A DNA stretch of 64,000 bases, from positions 9,114,001 to 9,178,000 of the forward strand of contig OZ059896.1 in the NCBI GenBank assembly GCA_964057225.1, written 5' to 3'. The notes under the pieces are model-generated. The model did not search any database. It saw only the letters and a list, made by a program, of their open reading frames with translations, and had not been told where the DNA came from. Positions 1 to 16,414 of this stretch are shown here, piece by piece. Source of the stretch: Auanema rhodensis. Taxonomy: Eukaryota; Animalia; Nematoda. Numbering within the stretch: the stretch's first letter is position 1; each line of letters begins with the position of its first letter. The position numbers and the translations under genes were made by a program.

Positions 1-46
1 TATATTCAAGTTCAAATTATTCGTAAAACTAATTGTATAGTATTAC

Positions 47-553
47 CTTAAAACGTGCTTGAGAATAGCTGTTTGTATACCAATCATGGACGTGTGGCTT
101 GTAAACTGGTACTGTATGAACAATACGTTCAGCTTCTCTAAAAAATCATTAAATATCACTAAAGCATAACACAAATAACATTAAACTATGAATATTCATT
201 CCATATCCGAATGACTGACCTAAGGTTCTGAGGCAAAGCCAATGATGGAGCTAAAGATGAAACAGAATCAATCTTTCTGATTGGGAAATCATGAACTGTT
301 TCCTTGATGTATGTCAAGTTGGTGAATGAAGCACTACGAGCTAATCGTTTTGGCTTGGACCAGATTTCACTCATGTAGTTCTCATACATAGGTTGAGCAC
401 GAGCACGTTCAACATATTTTCTGAAATAAAAAGCAGCAAAATTAAGAAAATGAACATAAAGCTATGAACTTACGTTCTGGGGAATTCCTTCCACCATTTT
501 GTTTCTTGATCAACATCATCTTTTGCATATCGAGCAGCCGTTAGAGGAGACAT
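47..553 (-). CDS. Uncharacterised spliced protein, 3'-partial (continues past the window start)
   Basis: Exons 553-474, 420-220 and 137-47 are joined by GT-AG introns with consistent phase. They give MSPLTAARYAKDDVDQETKWWKEFPRTKYVERARAQPMYENYMSEIWSKPKRLARSASFTNLTYIKETVHDFPIRKIDSVSSLAPSLALPQNLREAERIVHTVPVYKPHVHDWYTNSYSQARFK... An acceptor-like AATAG lies 11 nt before the ATG. No domain recognised. Confidence 0.85.
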
Positions 554-1867
554 GATAAAACTACCTATTATAGTTATTATAATTATAATAATAATTAATA
601 AAATTATTTGAAAAAATTAGGAATTTTTGAAAGACAATCATGAATTGATTCATATCTTGATGAGAAGATAGAATTAATTATGAAAAAATATCATTTTTGT
701 TGAAAAATTAAAGCAAAATTGAAGGCTGAAGTTCATCTTAAAGCTCAGGTGGGCGAAACGACTAGCCGAATGGATGTCTATCTCCAAGTATTTTCCAATC
801 GTTACACTTTTTCTTCAGCTCTATTTCTTCTTGTCCTCCAGAGGGACCAGCTGCCAGCAGATCTTCCACCCTCCTCACACAGTCATTGACTGCCATTCGG
901 ACTTGGCGATATGAGAAGAACGGATGCGAATGAAATAAAGTGAGATAAGTAGGAATATAAAGAGAAAAATATAGATGATAGAGGAGAGAAAAAGAGGTTT
1001 GAAGAACGAAAGTCTTGGCCCCAATGAAATCTTTTCTGATCATTTCACACTTGTTTCTCCTAGATATTCATAGATATAACAAGCATTAATTCAATAGAAA
1101 GAACAAAGCTTGAATAGCTAAGGGATATATGCATGATACTGATGATATTAGTGATACATATTGTTTCGAAGCTATTTAGAATAAGCTTAAGCTGCTAGTT
1201 TAATAGAAAACTTTTCATACTTTTCAGCATATTTTTCAAATGTTGAAGAATATACGATTTTTTAATTTGAATGAATAAATATTTCTAAGTATTTTTTTTG
1301 TAAAATCATTACAATTGAATGGATGTCCACGGCAAAAAGATTTTAGTATTTCGTGAAGAAGAAAGACATGTAAATGGCAAAAGTGTGTAATCTTCATAAC
1401 TATTCTTTGAAATGAAAACAAAACCTGTACATGTATTCAAGTAAATTATAAATATTTCTTATAATTTAATATTTATAATATATTTAATTATATAAATTCT
1501 ATTATATAATTATTATTTTAATATTATAATATAAATAATATTGTATTCTCCTTTGAGCTCAAAAAGAAATGATGTTTATCTTTGTTCAAATTCTTCTTAT
1601 TTACGAGAACTAAACTTACTTCTTATAAAATAATCTGCTCATTGCGATTGTTAAAGTGTAATGAAGAACGTAAGAAACCAGTCTTGTCCAGTACCTGTGC
1701 CAATAGAACTATCTGAGCGACTAGACAGAAAACTAGATTCAAAAAAAAATTAAATAAATACAAATCTGAAAGTCGGTCGAAAACTTAATTCTCATCTTTT
1801 CCTCTTTACGCTGTGGCCTCATTCATTTTACTCAATGATTATTAGATGAATAACAATTATTTCAGTT

Positions 1868-2225
1868 ATGTACCGTATCAGCTTCATCCTCTTTGCTTCA
1901 CTCTTCTATAGTTCGCATTCTTTGATGTGTTATTCGGGAATGCAGATATGGGAAAGAGATATCAATAATGTTTCTTTAATTCAATGCTCAAACGATCAGA
2001 AATGTTGTCGATTTGTAGCGTAAGTTTTACCAATTTCTTCCAACTCATACCCAAAATCATAGTTCGCTGAATGGTAACAGATACGACTGTTCAAGCAATT
2101 GTCCTCCAACTACTTCAAGGAAATGTGGTCCTGATCCAGCACTTGGAATCCAAGATATTTATTATTGTCATTGCCAAGATCATAATGATGAAGACTGTAA
2201 GCCATATTTGGGAGATAAGAAGTAA
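1868..2225 (+). CDS. Small secreted cysteine-rich protein (104 aa, 10 Cys; Ly6/three-finger-like spacing)
   Basis: TTTCAG acceptor 2 nt before ATG 1868. Exon 1868-2019, 43-nt GTAAGT..TAG intron, exon 2063-2225. Product: MYRISFILFASLFYSSHS-LMCYSGMQIWERDINNVSLIQCSNDQKCCRFVASLNGNRYDCSSNCPPTTSRKCGPDPALGIQDIYYCHCQDHNDEDCKPYLGDKK, with a hydrophobic signal peptide. Confidence 0.85.
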
Positions 2226-2359
2226 AACTTTATTTTTAAAAAAAGAAGTTAAAACGGAAGTAAAACATTTTTCTTGATATTACATGTAGTGCATTTTGTA
2301 TATGTATAATTATGTATATATTAAATTATTATTATTGCATTTTTGGATTTTTGATTTGT

Positions 2360-5497
<3,138 letters not shown>

Positions 5498-8400
5498 ATC
5501 TACTGAAATGTATTGAAATCATAACGTATACCTAATACTATTAACAAAAACTGAAAGTAATAGTATCATCAATATTAAAACGAAAAAAACGAGTCCTAAT
5601 AACTTTATGTCAAAATCTTCTTTAACACGCACATACACATATGTGTGTGTGTGTATACATAAGAATCCGTTACTAAAAGATGGAATGAATGGAAGAGTAC
5701 AAGGCATAGTATAATGAAACATATAGTATGAAGATTATCTACATCTCCGTTGTAGATCATCATAATCTCCCTAACTATTTTTTCTGATCTAATAAATTCA
5801 TTATAAATAATAAACAATCAAACTATAATTGAACAAAAGGTCAACGAATAAAAAGCATAGTATAAAGTAGAATATACATATGGTGTTGTAAAATATTGTA
5901 TAAAATATTTAAAACATAGAGTTCCACCATTCGTAAACGAAATAAGAATATTTGAAAAATACGATGAAGCTATATTGACTAAAACGGACGCTATTTGAAA
6001 GTTTAAGTGGCTAAACATGGCTACGAGAATAGACAAACACAGAGATCGCACTGGACTGTCAGTCAGAAAATAGAAAAACAGAAACAAATTTTAAAACAAA
6101 AATGTGCAAGATAGTACTTAGTAAGGTATTCTATATATGATATTACTCCATAACTTTTCTACTTGTAGGTGTCAAGTGTAGAAATACTTAAATGCTCAAT
6201 CATGTACAGAATTTGACCTTTTTCACAGAAAATGAAGAACAACTCTATTTTGTTTTATAAGGTTATTCCTTTCATATGTATTTGTGATCATTATTTAGGA
6301 ATATACTCAATCACTCCACACTACCATTATGTTATTTTCGAATTCGTTAACTTTCGAGAGCATATTAATCTTGCATACTAATTAAACAGAAGTATTTCTG
6401 AAATTTGGTATGAAAAAAACCGAAAACAAACGATTAGATCTAGATGAATTAGATTAAAATGTTGTCTGTTATATGAATATTAATAAACTGTTTGCCAGTT
6501 GATGGAAACTATATATTAACTGAGAAAATTGGTCAGTATCCTTTTATACCTTATCATAATCATTCTCCTTGTCACGAAATACAGGTTGTCAATGCCAATT
6601 AGAAGGTTAGTATGCATTTTGCGAATTTTCGGAATGAAAAAAAGTCAACTCAGTTACACGAATAAAACTTTTACGGAGCAAACATCTAACATGAGATTCT
6701 TAAATTAGACACGCAACAAGACATGGAAAAAAGAGGTTCTGAAGAAAAAAACTTATAGCATGTGAATATATGGTTCATGATCAAACAATAGAAAAAAAAA
6801 GAAAAAATACAGCCAAGTAGCCAAATAAGAAAATAAAGTCTGGCGTTTTAAAAAACTTCAATGTCCTAATAAGGGCAATCCACATCCTTATATTAGAACA
6901 ATATAACTCCATCCTTTCCTTTTTTCATTTTATTTCTATGTCTCTCTTACTCTCTTGCTTTTGTATGATGCATAGCCCAACTAAAGTGGATTTTCATCGG
7001 AACAAGCTGTTTATGCAACGTGGCTCAGAGATATCACACTGTTAAACGGCTATCTACAAATGAAAATCGAATCAACATCCATCTTGAAAACGGGTTGATC
7101 ATTAAAAAAAAACTATTTTTTTTAGAATTATTGTCCTATTAATATAAATAAATAAATATAACTGATAAACTATAATGAAACACTTATTCTCACAGTAAAC
7201 AAGACAAAAGTCAAATAAGTAAAAAATTGAACTTAGAAAGAAAACGGACACTAAACGAGATAGCTGAATGTGAACTTTAAAATATAATGATGACACTGAC
7301 CTTTTCTACTGAGAGTTTACATTATTATGCAAAATGTAATTGAACAAATAAATTCAAAATATTCATTAAGAGCTTGAGTACTAAATAGGGCACACATAGA
7401 ACTAGATGAGCATTCTCTATCAATCAGATAAAGACAATACTCCCGAAGGTCATATCTAGCACGTGGGCTAACCAAAAAACGAAATGAGAACAATTATTTG
7501 AAGTATTCTGCCAATTAAAAAATAGTATACATTTCTAAAATGTAACATTATTTTTTTTATTAATTGTTCAATTTCATGATGGTTATACTCTGCAAACTTT
7601 AATTAAAACTTACTGTAATATTAAAAGATTTAAATCTATTTGAAGTACAAAATATTATTATAATAAATTATAGCTTGATTAATATATAAAAAGTATAAAA
7701 AAAATGGAATGCAATCAAAAACTGTATGTCACTCAAAATACTTAATGGTTATCGTTATTACACGTAACTCACGTATAATTATGCTAATGATGAAAATACT
7801 TTTAAATATAATGCAATGCATAACAATATTGCAAACATACTAATTTATTCAAATTTGTATTTTAATAAATAATATTTTTTAATAAAAATTATACTTTATT
7901 AATAAGAACTTCCTATATATTTTGATACGGTTAATATATATTATTATTTATATTATTTTATAATATTATACTATAGCTTTCATCGTTCACAACTCTCTAT
8001 TCATCTCTTATCCAAATCCATCAAAGATGTTCAAGTCTCTTTGCGTCATGAACAATCTATAATATCATATTAAGCTTAATATGGTCTCAGTTTGTCCTGC
8101 CAATAGGCTTTTTATCTGATTGCTGAATCTGAATGACGTATTTTCACAATGTTCTGTGATGAGTTGGAAGAAAAACTTTCTGCTTCTATCTTACTACGTC
8201 ACATCTAATATTAAATGTCGATGACATTAAAATGTCATTCTGAAGGTATTACGTTTCCCAGTCTTCATGATACAACAACTATTTCTATCTGCGACAAAAT
8301 GATCACCGTCATCTATTCCAGCATCTCCAACGTTGTCACCAATGGAGGCAGTAGCGTTAGTGTCTTCCAGTTTTGCTTGTAAAGCGTTGCTGTAAACCAA

Positions 8401-11400
8401 CCACAGTATCATGTTCCCTTTTTGACAATATCGTAAGCGATTGATTAAGAAATATGCTGGTCGTAGTACAGTTAATCAATTTTTGTTTGGATTGTCCAGC
8501 CAACAAAAACTGAGGATGACAGATAGACAATAAATAAAAAAATGCTTGTTTTCAATTCTGTATCCGATACAAAAATTTTCAAATTAATATCTGTTATTGT
8601 GATGGAAATCCAATATACTGTCCTTTTTCCCATAATCTTACAATCTTTGCAATATTATCGGTCTCTTTATTTCTAAACCCGTCGTTGTCCACACACACGC
8701 ACACAGATATAGTGTGGCAATAAATCTTAAAGACTAAGATCTTTCAATTGTGAGATGTCTTCTGATCAAATATGCATAACATATACATTTCATTATATCA
8801 TATATAATACTTTTAATTTTTAAAATAAATATTTTATCGTTACGAGTAAAAACAAATTGTTCAATGCTATTACAAATCATATAATATGACATAGTAGTTC
8901 ACTTGAGAAAACGATAAAGACTACATCTATCTGTTCCATTTGGACCAATTTTGAAGTCAACTTTTTTTTCTATTTTGAAATTTCTCAACTAATACATTAA
9001 CTGTGAATTTTGATCAATATTGTTAAGAAAACTTAAATTATCTCGATTTGTCCCCCTCAATTCTTATTTTCAAAGTTTATCTGATCTATTAATACATTTC
9101 GCGCCATAAGAGAGCTTCCCTAAATCAGAATGAGCTGTTGCAAAGACAAGAGAAATTTGATAACTTCATTCGTATATCTTCATCTTTTTTCTTGAAAATT
9201 ATTTACTCCATTAAAATCAAAATCGTGTGAAATAATAGAGAGGAAGAGAAAAATGAAAAGAGAAAGAGAAAGTTAAGTTGAAGAGAAAAAGTGCGTAGAG
9301 AAATGTAGAGAAAGATATATGATTGAAAACTATACTCAACTCTATAGTATTTGTAAACCAGGTTTGTTATGTTCCCTGTTTGTACAATGAGATAATAAAT
9401 GTTTTTATTCATTTTATGCCAAAAGCATGAGAACGACAAAATGATGCTCTTTCCTCGTTTATTCTGTTTTATCCACTCTCGTTTGACAACATTTTTTACA
9501 TTATTTTGCTCCAATTTACATTTTTTTTTTCATTTTCTTTGGCTTCAATATTATAATTTTATCTTGTCTTTTGCATCACATATATAATCAATGTAGCAGA
9601 ATTATTATTCTTTGTCCTTCTGTCCTCTAAATTATGTGAGAGTGAAAAATCGTTTTTTTCCCTCCGCAAGTGTGTTACCAACAGCTATTTTCTACTCAGT
9701 TATGTTTTCTTTTTATTTTGAAGTTAGAATGCTTGCTAAGATTTTGAACAATAAAGTGATGCTGAGGCTGCAAAGATGCTGTTGCTTATCATGTTTTGCG
9801 ATTGCTACTGTTCTGTCTTCCACCAAATTACTATTTCTAATTTTAAATTTAAGTTTTAAAACTTTTCTAGATGAAAATGAAAACATTACCTTTCCAGAAT
9901 GCTTTATATTTAATGCTTCATGATGACACAAACACAATATAGTTAAAAACACACAACTATTTGTCTTTATTCTGAAAAATATTAGTTTTTATTTAATTTT
10001 TAGTTATGTAATAATAGTAAGACAAAGTTTCATTTGATATATTATCTATGTTTTTTTTTATTTTATTCAATCTGTCTATTGTAATATTTGTTTTGAAGTA
10101 ATTACTTTGTATAATAATTGTGTTGCAAAATTGCCTTTGAAAGTTGTAGAAATAACGATATTGGGTGTTCCCTCAAAATAATTTTGTTTTATGTTCTCTA
10201 GTTTTTTGCCATTTGTACATTTTCTGCAGCTTAATTGAATAATGTTTTGGACTAATGCTTGACCGAAGCTCAACTGGATGTTTTTGGTTGTGCACTGACT
10301 GATCGTTATTAAATCTTTTATAATCTATCATAGGTTTTCTCTCAAACTTATCAATGCCAGTCAATTGTTCATAAATTCAGATTTCTGGATAAAGTGATTT
10401 GAAATCTTAATCTTCGATCTTTCATTGACGCTCAACTATCTTATGCTGCAGTACATTTGCATACCGAACTTTGAAATATCTCTTTGTTGTTTGATGTTTT
10501 GCTCTCAACTATCTATCTGTTTTAAACCCTCTTATTGCTTATTACTATCTAACTACGTTCATTTCATCACAATAGGGTCGGTTACCCTTGGTGGTATGGA
10601 TAGATGCATATGTACTACCTCTGTGTAAATCAGAGTGGCGTCACCCTCCCACCCTCCTCAATCTATCTCATTATTACTTTTGTCTCGCTCTCTCTCAATA
10701 TTGTATATATCTTAAACAATATATATATTTCTTTTTAGAATTCTTTCTATCTCTTTCTTTTTTTGTTTCTCATATTCTTTTTTACCTCATTCTGTTACGA
10801 TCTCTTTATTTTCTCCGCAATTATTTCAAAGTGTGTCTCGCCATTTCTTATTATTGCACAAGTTATTCGATGATTCGATAGTTTCTACTTTAAGCACTTG
10901 TTCTATTAAATAATATATTTCTTCACAATGCAACTGCTTTTCGACCTTAGTTCTGTGTTCTGAGTCAATCTCCGATTCAAGTGATTGACTAGTCTAGTTG
11001 GAGTCGATAGTCTCAATCAGATAGAGGACAATTGAACGACAGTGACCGTACGGCCTAAGGTTTATCAGAATATTTGATACTATAACAGAACGTTTCTGTG
11101 AATATGTTTATTTATCAATCTATGGAATACCTTTATGTCATTGTTCCAAATCATTGCAAATGCCAATCTACACCACTTCATATATTCTTTTAACAATTCT
11201 TAAAACCTTTTGTTCTTTGCGAGCCAGTAAAAATGTCTTTGCTGTGTTCCTCTTGTTTGTCCTCTTGATTAACTTTTCTGTTTTCACATTCGATTCTCTG
11301 TTCTCAGCCAAATGAAAAGCTCTCGTAGTATCTTGGCTTTAGCTGGCACTACTAAACATTAATTAAAATTTTTAGCTTTTCATTTATAAAAAAATGTTAC

Positions 11401-13544
11401 TTCCTTTTACTGACACTTACTTGTCTATTTCATAGTTATTTTACTATATGTAATGGTAGATATTCAATGAGAACCGGCTGAAAACATATTACAAGCCAGG
11501 AAATCTGCTTCATGGCCATATTTGTACAGCTTGAAATCAGATTATGATCGCACAGCTCAGACTGTCGACAGTTAAGTTCTTTTTATTTTCGACAAAAAGC
11601 CCCTCAGCTTGTATTCAATACAATCAGTGTGTTGACAAATCCTTTTCAAATCAGAGAAATCGTGTGCACATAACTAATGGTCTTCTGAACAATATATCTG
11701 CTGCATTGATTCATAAACCGTTGCCAATAAATGTGGACATTTGAGAATAACTTACCACGTTACAGCCACTCAACTAACCTTTAAATTTTATTTTTAGGGT
11801 TTACTGATAGGTTAACAATTATCAATGCTTCCAGAATGTTTGTAATATGTTTATTCTCATGAATAGTAATTTCTGTTGTTTTCGTATTTTAATGGAAGTT
11901 GTCACCGCTTTTTATTCTGGAGAATTTTTTTTACTTTTACCTCACACTCCTACTCAGCGCCTCCTGTGTTTTCGAATTGGAAAATAAGTTTCGGACATTT
12001 CGTTGTTTTCTTATTCAAAAAGCAGATGTAGATTTTCCAAAGATTTTTTTTAGATTTTCTACAGTCCCAAGCAGATGCTCAACTAAATTGTACAATGTTC
12101 GGGAGTCTTTCATTCACCTTCTTAATTGAGAAATACCTAGCATGTCTTCTTCAGGGGTTCCTATTCCAAAAAAGGGAGGAGAAAAGGAATAAGACAGCAT
12201 AGAAAGGTGGAAGAGAAAGACATACAACATAATTGCGCTAGTGTTTTTATTGGTTATCCTTGTCAGCAATGTTCGTTTACGTCATCAAGTATACCGACAG
12301 GAATATGGCAATATTCGTCTTCCAATTTTCGTTTTGGCCATCCACTTTTTGCCTTCTTGCTATATGTTCAATCTTTGGACTGTCGACATACTGTCTAGTA
12401 TAATGACTTAACTTTAAACAGATTCTGTAATATGTCATTTATGATATGAGTATTTTCAGAGTTGTCTGTCCATCTTACAAAGATATAATCATGATTTTGC
12501 TGTCTATCGTTTCCTATAATTGACAGGATATCATTTCTATATTTTATGATAGGTTATTAGCTTGCTGAAATGACTTATGGAGTAATGTTTTCTGGCGAAT
12601 TTGTGATGGCGATTATGTATGTTGAACTTACTTTTCGTATGTAGCCTAATTCTGCGCTGTGTAAGTGAACTCCTACTACAAAAGATATTTTTTGTCCCTT
12701 TCTTTCTTAGTGCCATGACCACAGGTGTCTTTTCTTGGTTTATGTCAAGTGGAGCTAGCCAATGTTTGCTCGAAGACTGGAAATGCATGAACGTTGCGCG
12801 TTTCATAGCATTCGGCTGCATCCATTTTTCTTCCTTCTCTTCGCATACAATTCGTTCATTTGCAATTTGTTGCATTCCATCTTTCTTTTCCAATATATTT
12901 GGGTTTGCTTTCATTTTTGACTTCTGAGCGGTATTTTCAAGATTTTGTCTTCTACCTCACTGTCACTTATACACATGGCGAGACCATCTCCAAGTACTTC
13001 CACTAGTTACCAGTTTGCTGTTTGTGGCCATGTCGTTAAAGAAGAATTGCAATCTGTTTCCTTATTCACGTCCCATTCGCTACACTTGGGATATGTATAT
13101 GGACTCTTTTATCGTAAATCATGAGCTATCTCATTCATTCTTTTAAACTATCTTTATTACTGAAATTTCACTGGAAGCTAACGAATTGTTCTGTACTTTA
13201 ACTAAAAAGAACTGAAGGTTTTGGCCATCTATCTAAGTTTATGTTTGTCATGAAGAACTGGTTCTTTTCGCTGAGACTAAACGAGAGAGTTGCCTTCCAG
13301 CTTAGTGTTTTATTATTACTGAGCCTTATCTTCAGAATTTAATCACTTACAAGGTTTATTATCACATTTTTGTCTTACTACCAACATTAAGTGACGTTCT
13401 ATGAAAAGTAGAAACACAAGAGTCGAACGTATTCCTACAGATATTTGTGGCGATTTCTACGATAGCGTCGAAGCCTGTTTGTCTCCCTCTCTCCCTGGGT
13501 GTATGTGTGCCTGTCTGTCTGTGTGTTATGCTGTTCGTTTCTTT

Positions 13545-13640
13545 TTCTCTCTCTCTCTCTTGTTCTCCTACCTCTCCCTTGCCTCTGTATGTATATCTGT
13601 GTGCGTGTGTGTGTGTGTGTGTATGTGTGTGAGTGAGTGA
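13545..13640. repeat. Compound (CT)n/(GT)n microsatellite
   Basis: Runs of ctctct followed by gtgtgtgt, seen directly. Confidence 0.9.
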
Positions 13641-14618
13641 TCATCAAGACGATTGGTAGAGGCTACTTATTGCAACCATTTTAGTATATCTTCCATGTGT
13701 TTAGTCATTTCAAAGTTACGATGAAGTTCGCTAATCTTCCTTTTAAATAAGTATTCGATTTTGGCTACCAACCTTTTCTACATACATTTCTTTCTTCGTC
13801 CGCTCTCTTACCTTATCAGTCCCTTTCCCCGTTATGGATGACGGTTGAAAATATTCGGGAGAGAGAAAAGAGAATAAAATTGTCCCGATTTGTATTGCAT
13901 CTTTATCCACCACATTCCCCGATCTTCTCTCTATCTCTTTCTCCCTCTTTATTTCTCTCTCTGGTTCTTGGGCAGAAAGTCTGCGCGGTCAGACATCAGA
14001 CACCACAAAATGGGTAATAGACGCAGAGTTGGCTGTGGGCGCTCCACGCACTATGTATGCTCCCGCCCTCTCATTTCGTGTCTTCTCCACCACTTTTTTC
14101 ATATTGCCTTTTATTTTAAATGTTTAGAACAATTTTGATAACTAATTTGAATATTGCTAGTTAAAAACAAATTTTCCTTATCAATATGCGCCGTTTTGAT
14201 GTTTTTTGATTTTTAAAATAGCTATGCATATTCAACTTGGATTTTCAAAATTTATTGCTTGTTGCACTTGGTCGCTCTTATATGTGTAGTTGCTGTTTCT
14301 GATTCTTACAATTTTCTGCTCCTTTTAAGAACCATTTGTTCATAGAACAATTACTAAATTTTCACTTTTCTAAAAGTGTTAAAATTTACTTTTTCTATGT
14401 AGGTTTAAGGACGAACACTTGTAATTTTTTTATTTTATTCTGCTCTTAGCTCTTAATAGCTTCTGTAAATGCTTAAGTAAATGATTTTTTTTGACTCTGA
14501 CTGACTGTCCTGGTTGTCGTAGATGAACAGCCCATTTGCCGATAATTTAGGGATTGAAAGCGTTTGCAATCCCGTTCTGTGAAATAGGATATGTCTTTGC
14601 TACTGATTGATTCCGGTG

Positions 14619-14622
<4 letters not shown>

Positions 14623-14657
<35 letters not shown>

Positions 14658-14712
14658 TATATGTATATATATATATTATATAATATAATATATATTATAT
14701 GTATACATATAC
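14623..14712. repeat. Interrupted (AT)n microsatellite
   Basis: atatat runs seen directly. Confidence 0.9.
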
Positions 14713-16414
14713 ATGTCCAATTTGACTGTCTTGGAATACTAGTTTCGCTTGTCTTTCTTCGAAATGCCAACATTCCCGCCTTCAGTTATTCTAGTAGTTG
14801 AGTTGTTATTATCATACATTGCTCTCTTGCAAACTGAAGTTTGCGCCAAAAGTATAGCATATGTTAGTATGAAGATCTGTTTTTATCATTTTAAGCCGTT
14901 TGGTGGATGTTGCAATAGATGACCGCACTTTCCAACAAGCGACTACTTTATTCACCATATGAAATTTTATCTTTTGCTCATAGCGTTTCTTCATAAATCG
15001 AAAAAGTATGAGATGTAATATTCTTAGAAACAGTCGTCTGCCTGCTCTTTTTACCAACCATCTCCGAGTCTATTTCAAAGTAAAAAAACAAATTAGTGTT
15101 ATCACTTGCCTGCTTGGTGAATACAGAGGAAGCTGGTAGACGTCTGACGTGTTTTGCTTATTTTTCAATCGCTCACCTTCCTGGGGGTGGTTGTGCGTTA
15201 GTCGTTGCTATTACGGCTGTTCACTGGTGAGCATATTTTTCTTCTAGTTAAAAATGTTGCTGTTTTCGTGCTTTTGGTTTCTATTATATGTTAATAACCT
15301 TGTAGTTTTTGAAGCTGTGAACTGGACACAAGGCGAATATTGTACGCAACAATATTCATTTTCTTCTTCACCAATCTTTTAACCGACATCTTATAAAGCA
15401 TCGACATCATGGGGCGTTTGCCAAACCCGTCTCACATTAACTCTCTTCAGCCGTATTTCGCTTCTGTTATTTGTTCTCGGAGATTCTGTTAATTTAGCCA
15501 TGTTTTTGTCACTTTGAGATACGCTTTAATATGCGATCTGAGCGTTCTTGTCAAACCCAGATTACACCTGTTGATATCTCAGTTTGTTGTAGGTGTATCT
15601 TCCTTTAGTTTCTGTTCTCTTTCGTTTCTCTTTTTTCATCATTCTTACTTCCAATCAGTTCGCTTTAAGGCCTGCTGGTTGCTGACAGGGAACTGAAGAG
15701 AAAGAGGAAAGTGTGATCGGGCGTTTTGTCCACTATTGTTACTGCTAGCATCTGCCTATGTTCTGTTGTTACCGTTAAATTCCTTTCAATCATCATAAGC
15801 TTATTCACATTTTTAATTTTACTGATGATCGTTCTTCTTAGCGAACTAAATAGTAGAATCAGTCAATCAGCAGTGGCTCACGATCTCTATCCATCCGTTT
15901 TTGTTGGCCGTCACGTTTCCCTTTCGCTTCTCTCCTGCGCCAGCCCAGCTAATCGATCGATTATTTCGTTCCTCTATTATCAACTAGGCCCGTCACAGTA
16001 TCGTTTACACTGCATGTCATGTGGTCTTATTTGGTAGTTATTCATCTTTTTCTGATTCCTAATAATTGGCCATTGCTCAATCTGAGCTTTTATTGAAATT
16101 GAAATAATCTTCGTCATTGTTATATCTTATGTGTCATGTATCCTTTTTACACTTCCATTTTCTTTCGTATCTTCGCGTTTGCCTTATCGTCTTTCTTTTG
16201 GTGCCCTGTTTTCCCGGATTGCGCAGGTCCCATTCTTGACGATTGGGAAATATTATTTCTAATTCTTATAATGCCGTATTTTTTAAATTAAAATTTTCTT
16301 GTAGCGGGAAGCATTGTAACATCACTAGGAGGGTAAGGCTGAGAAAGGAATATAATCTGGATTGTTACTGTTACTCTCTTCTCTTTGAATAAGCAGTTCT
16401 TATATTATTGTCTT

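Noticed and set aside
762-1043. ORF ending MAVNDCVRRVEDLLAAGPSGGQEE, superficially gag-like
   Set aside because: Short, no domain motif or terminal repeats; it lies in the probable promoter of the first gene.
7010-7470. ACGTGG/CACGTG motifs upstream of GFAT (XBP-1/bHLH-like)
   Set aside because: Short motifs expected by chance; no supporting evidence.
7975-8412. 61-aa minus-strand ORF and nearby exon-like blocks
   Set aside because: Could not be spliced into a continuous frame; no recognisable homology.
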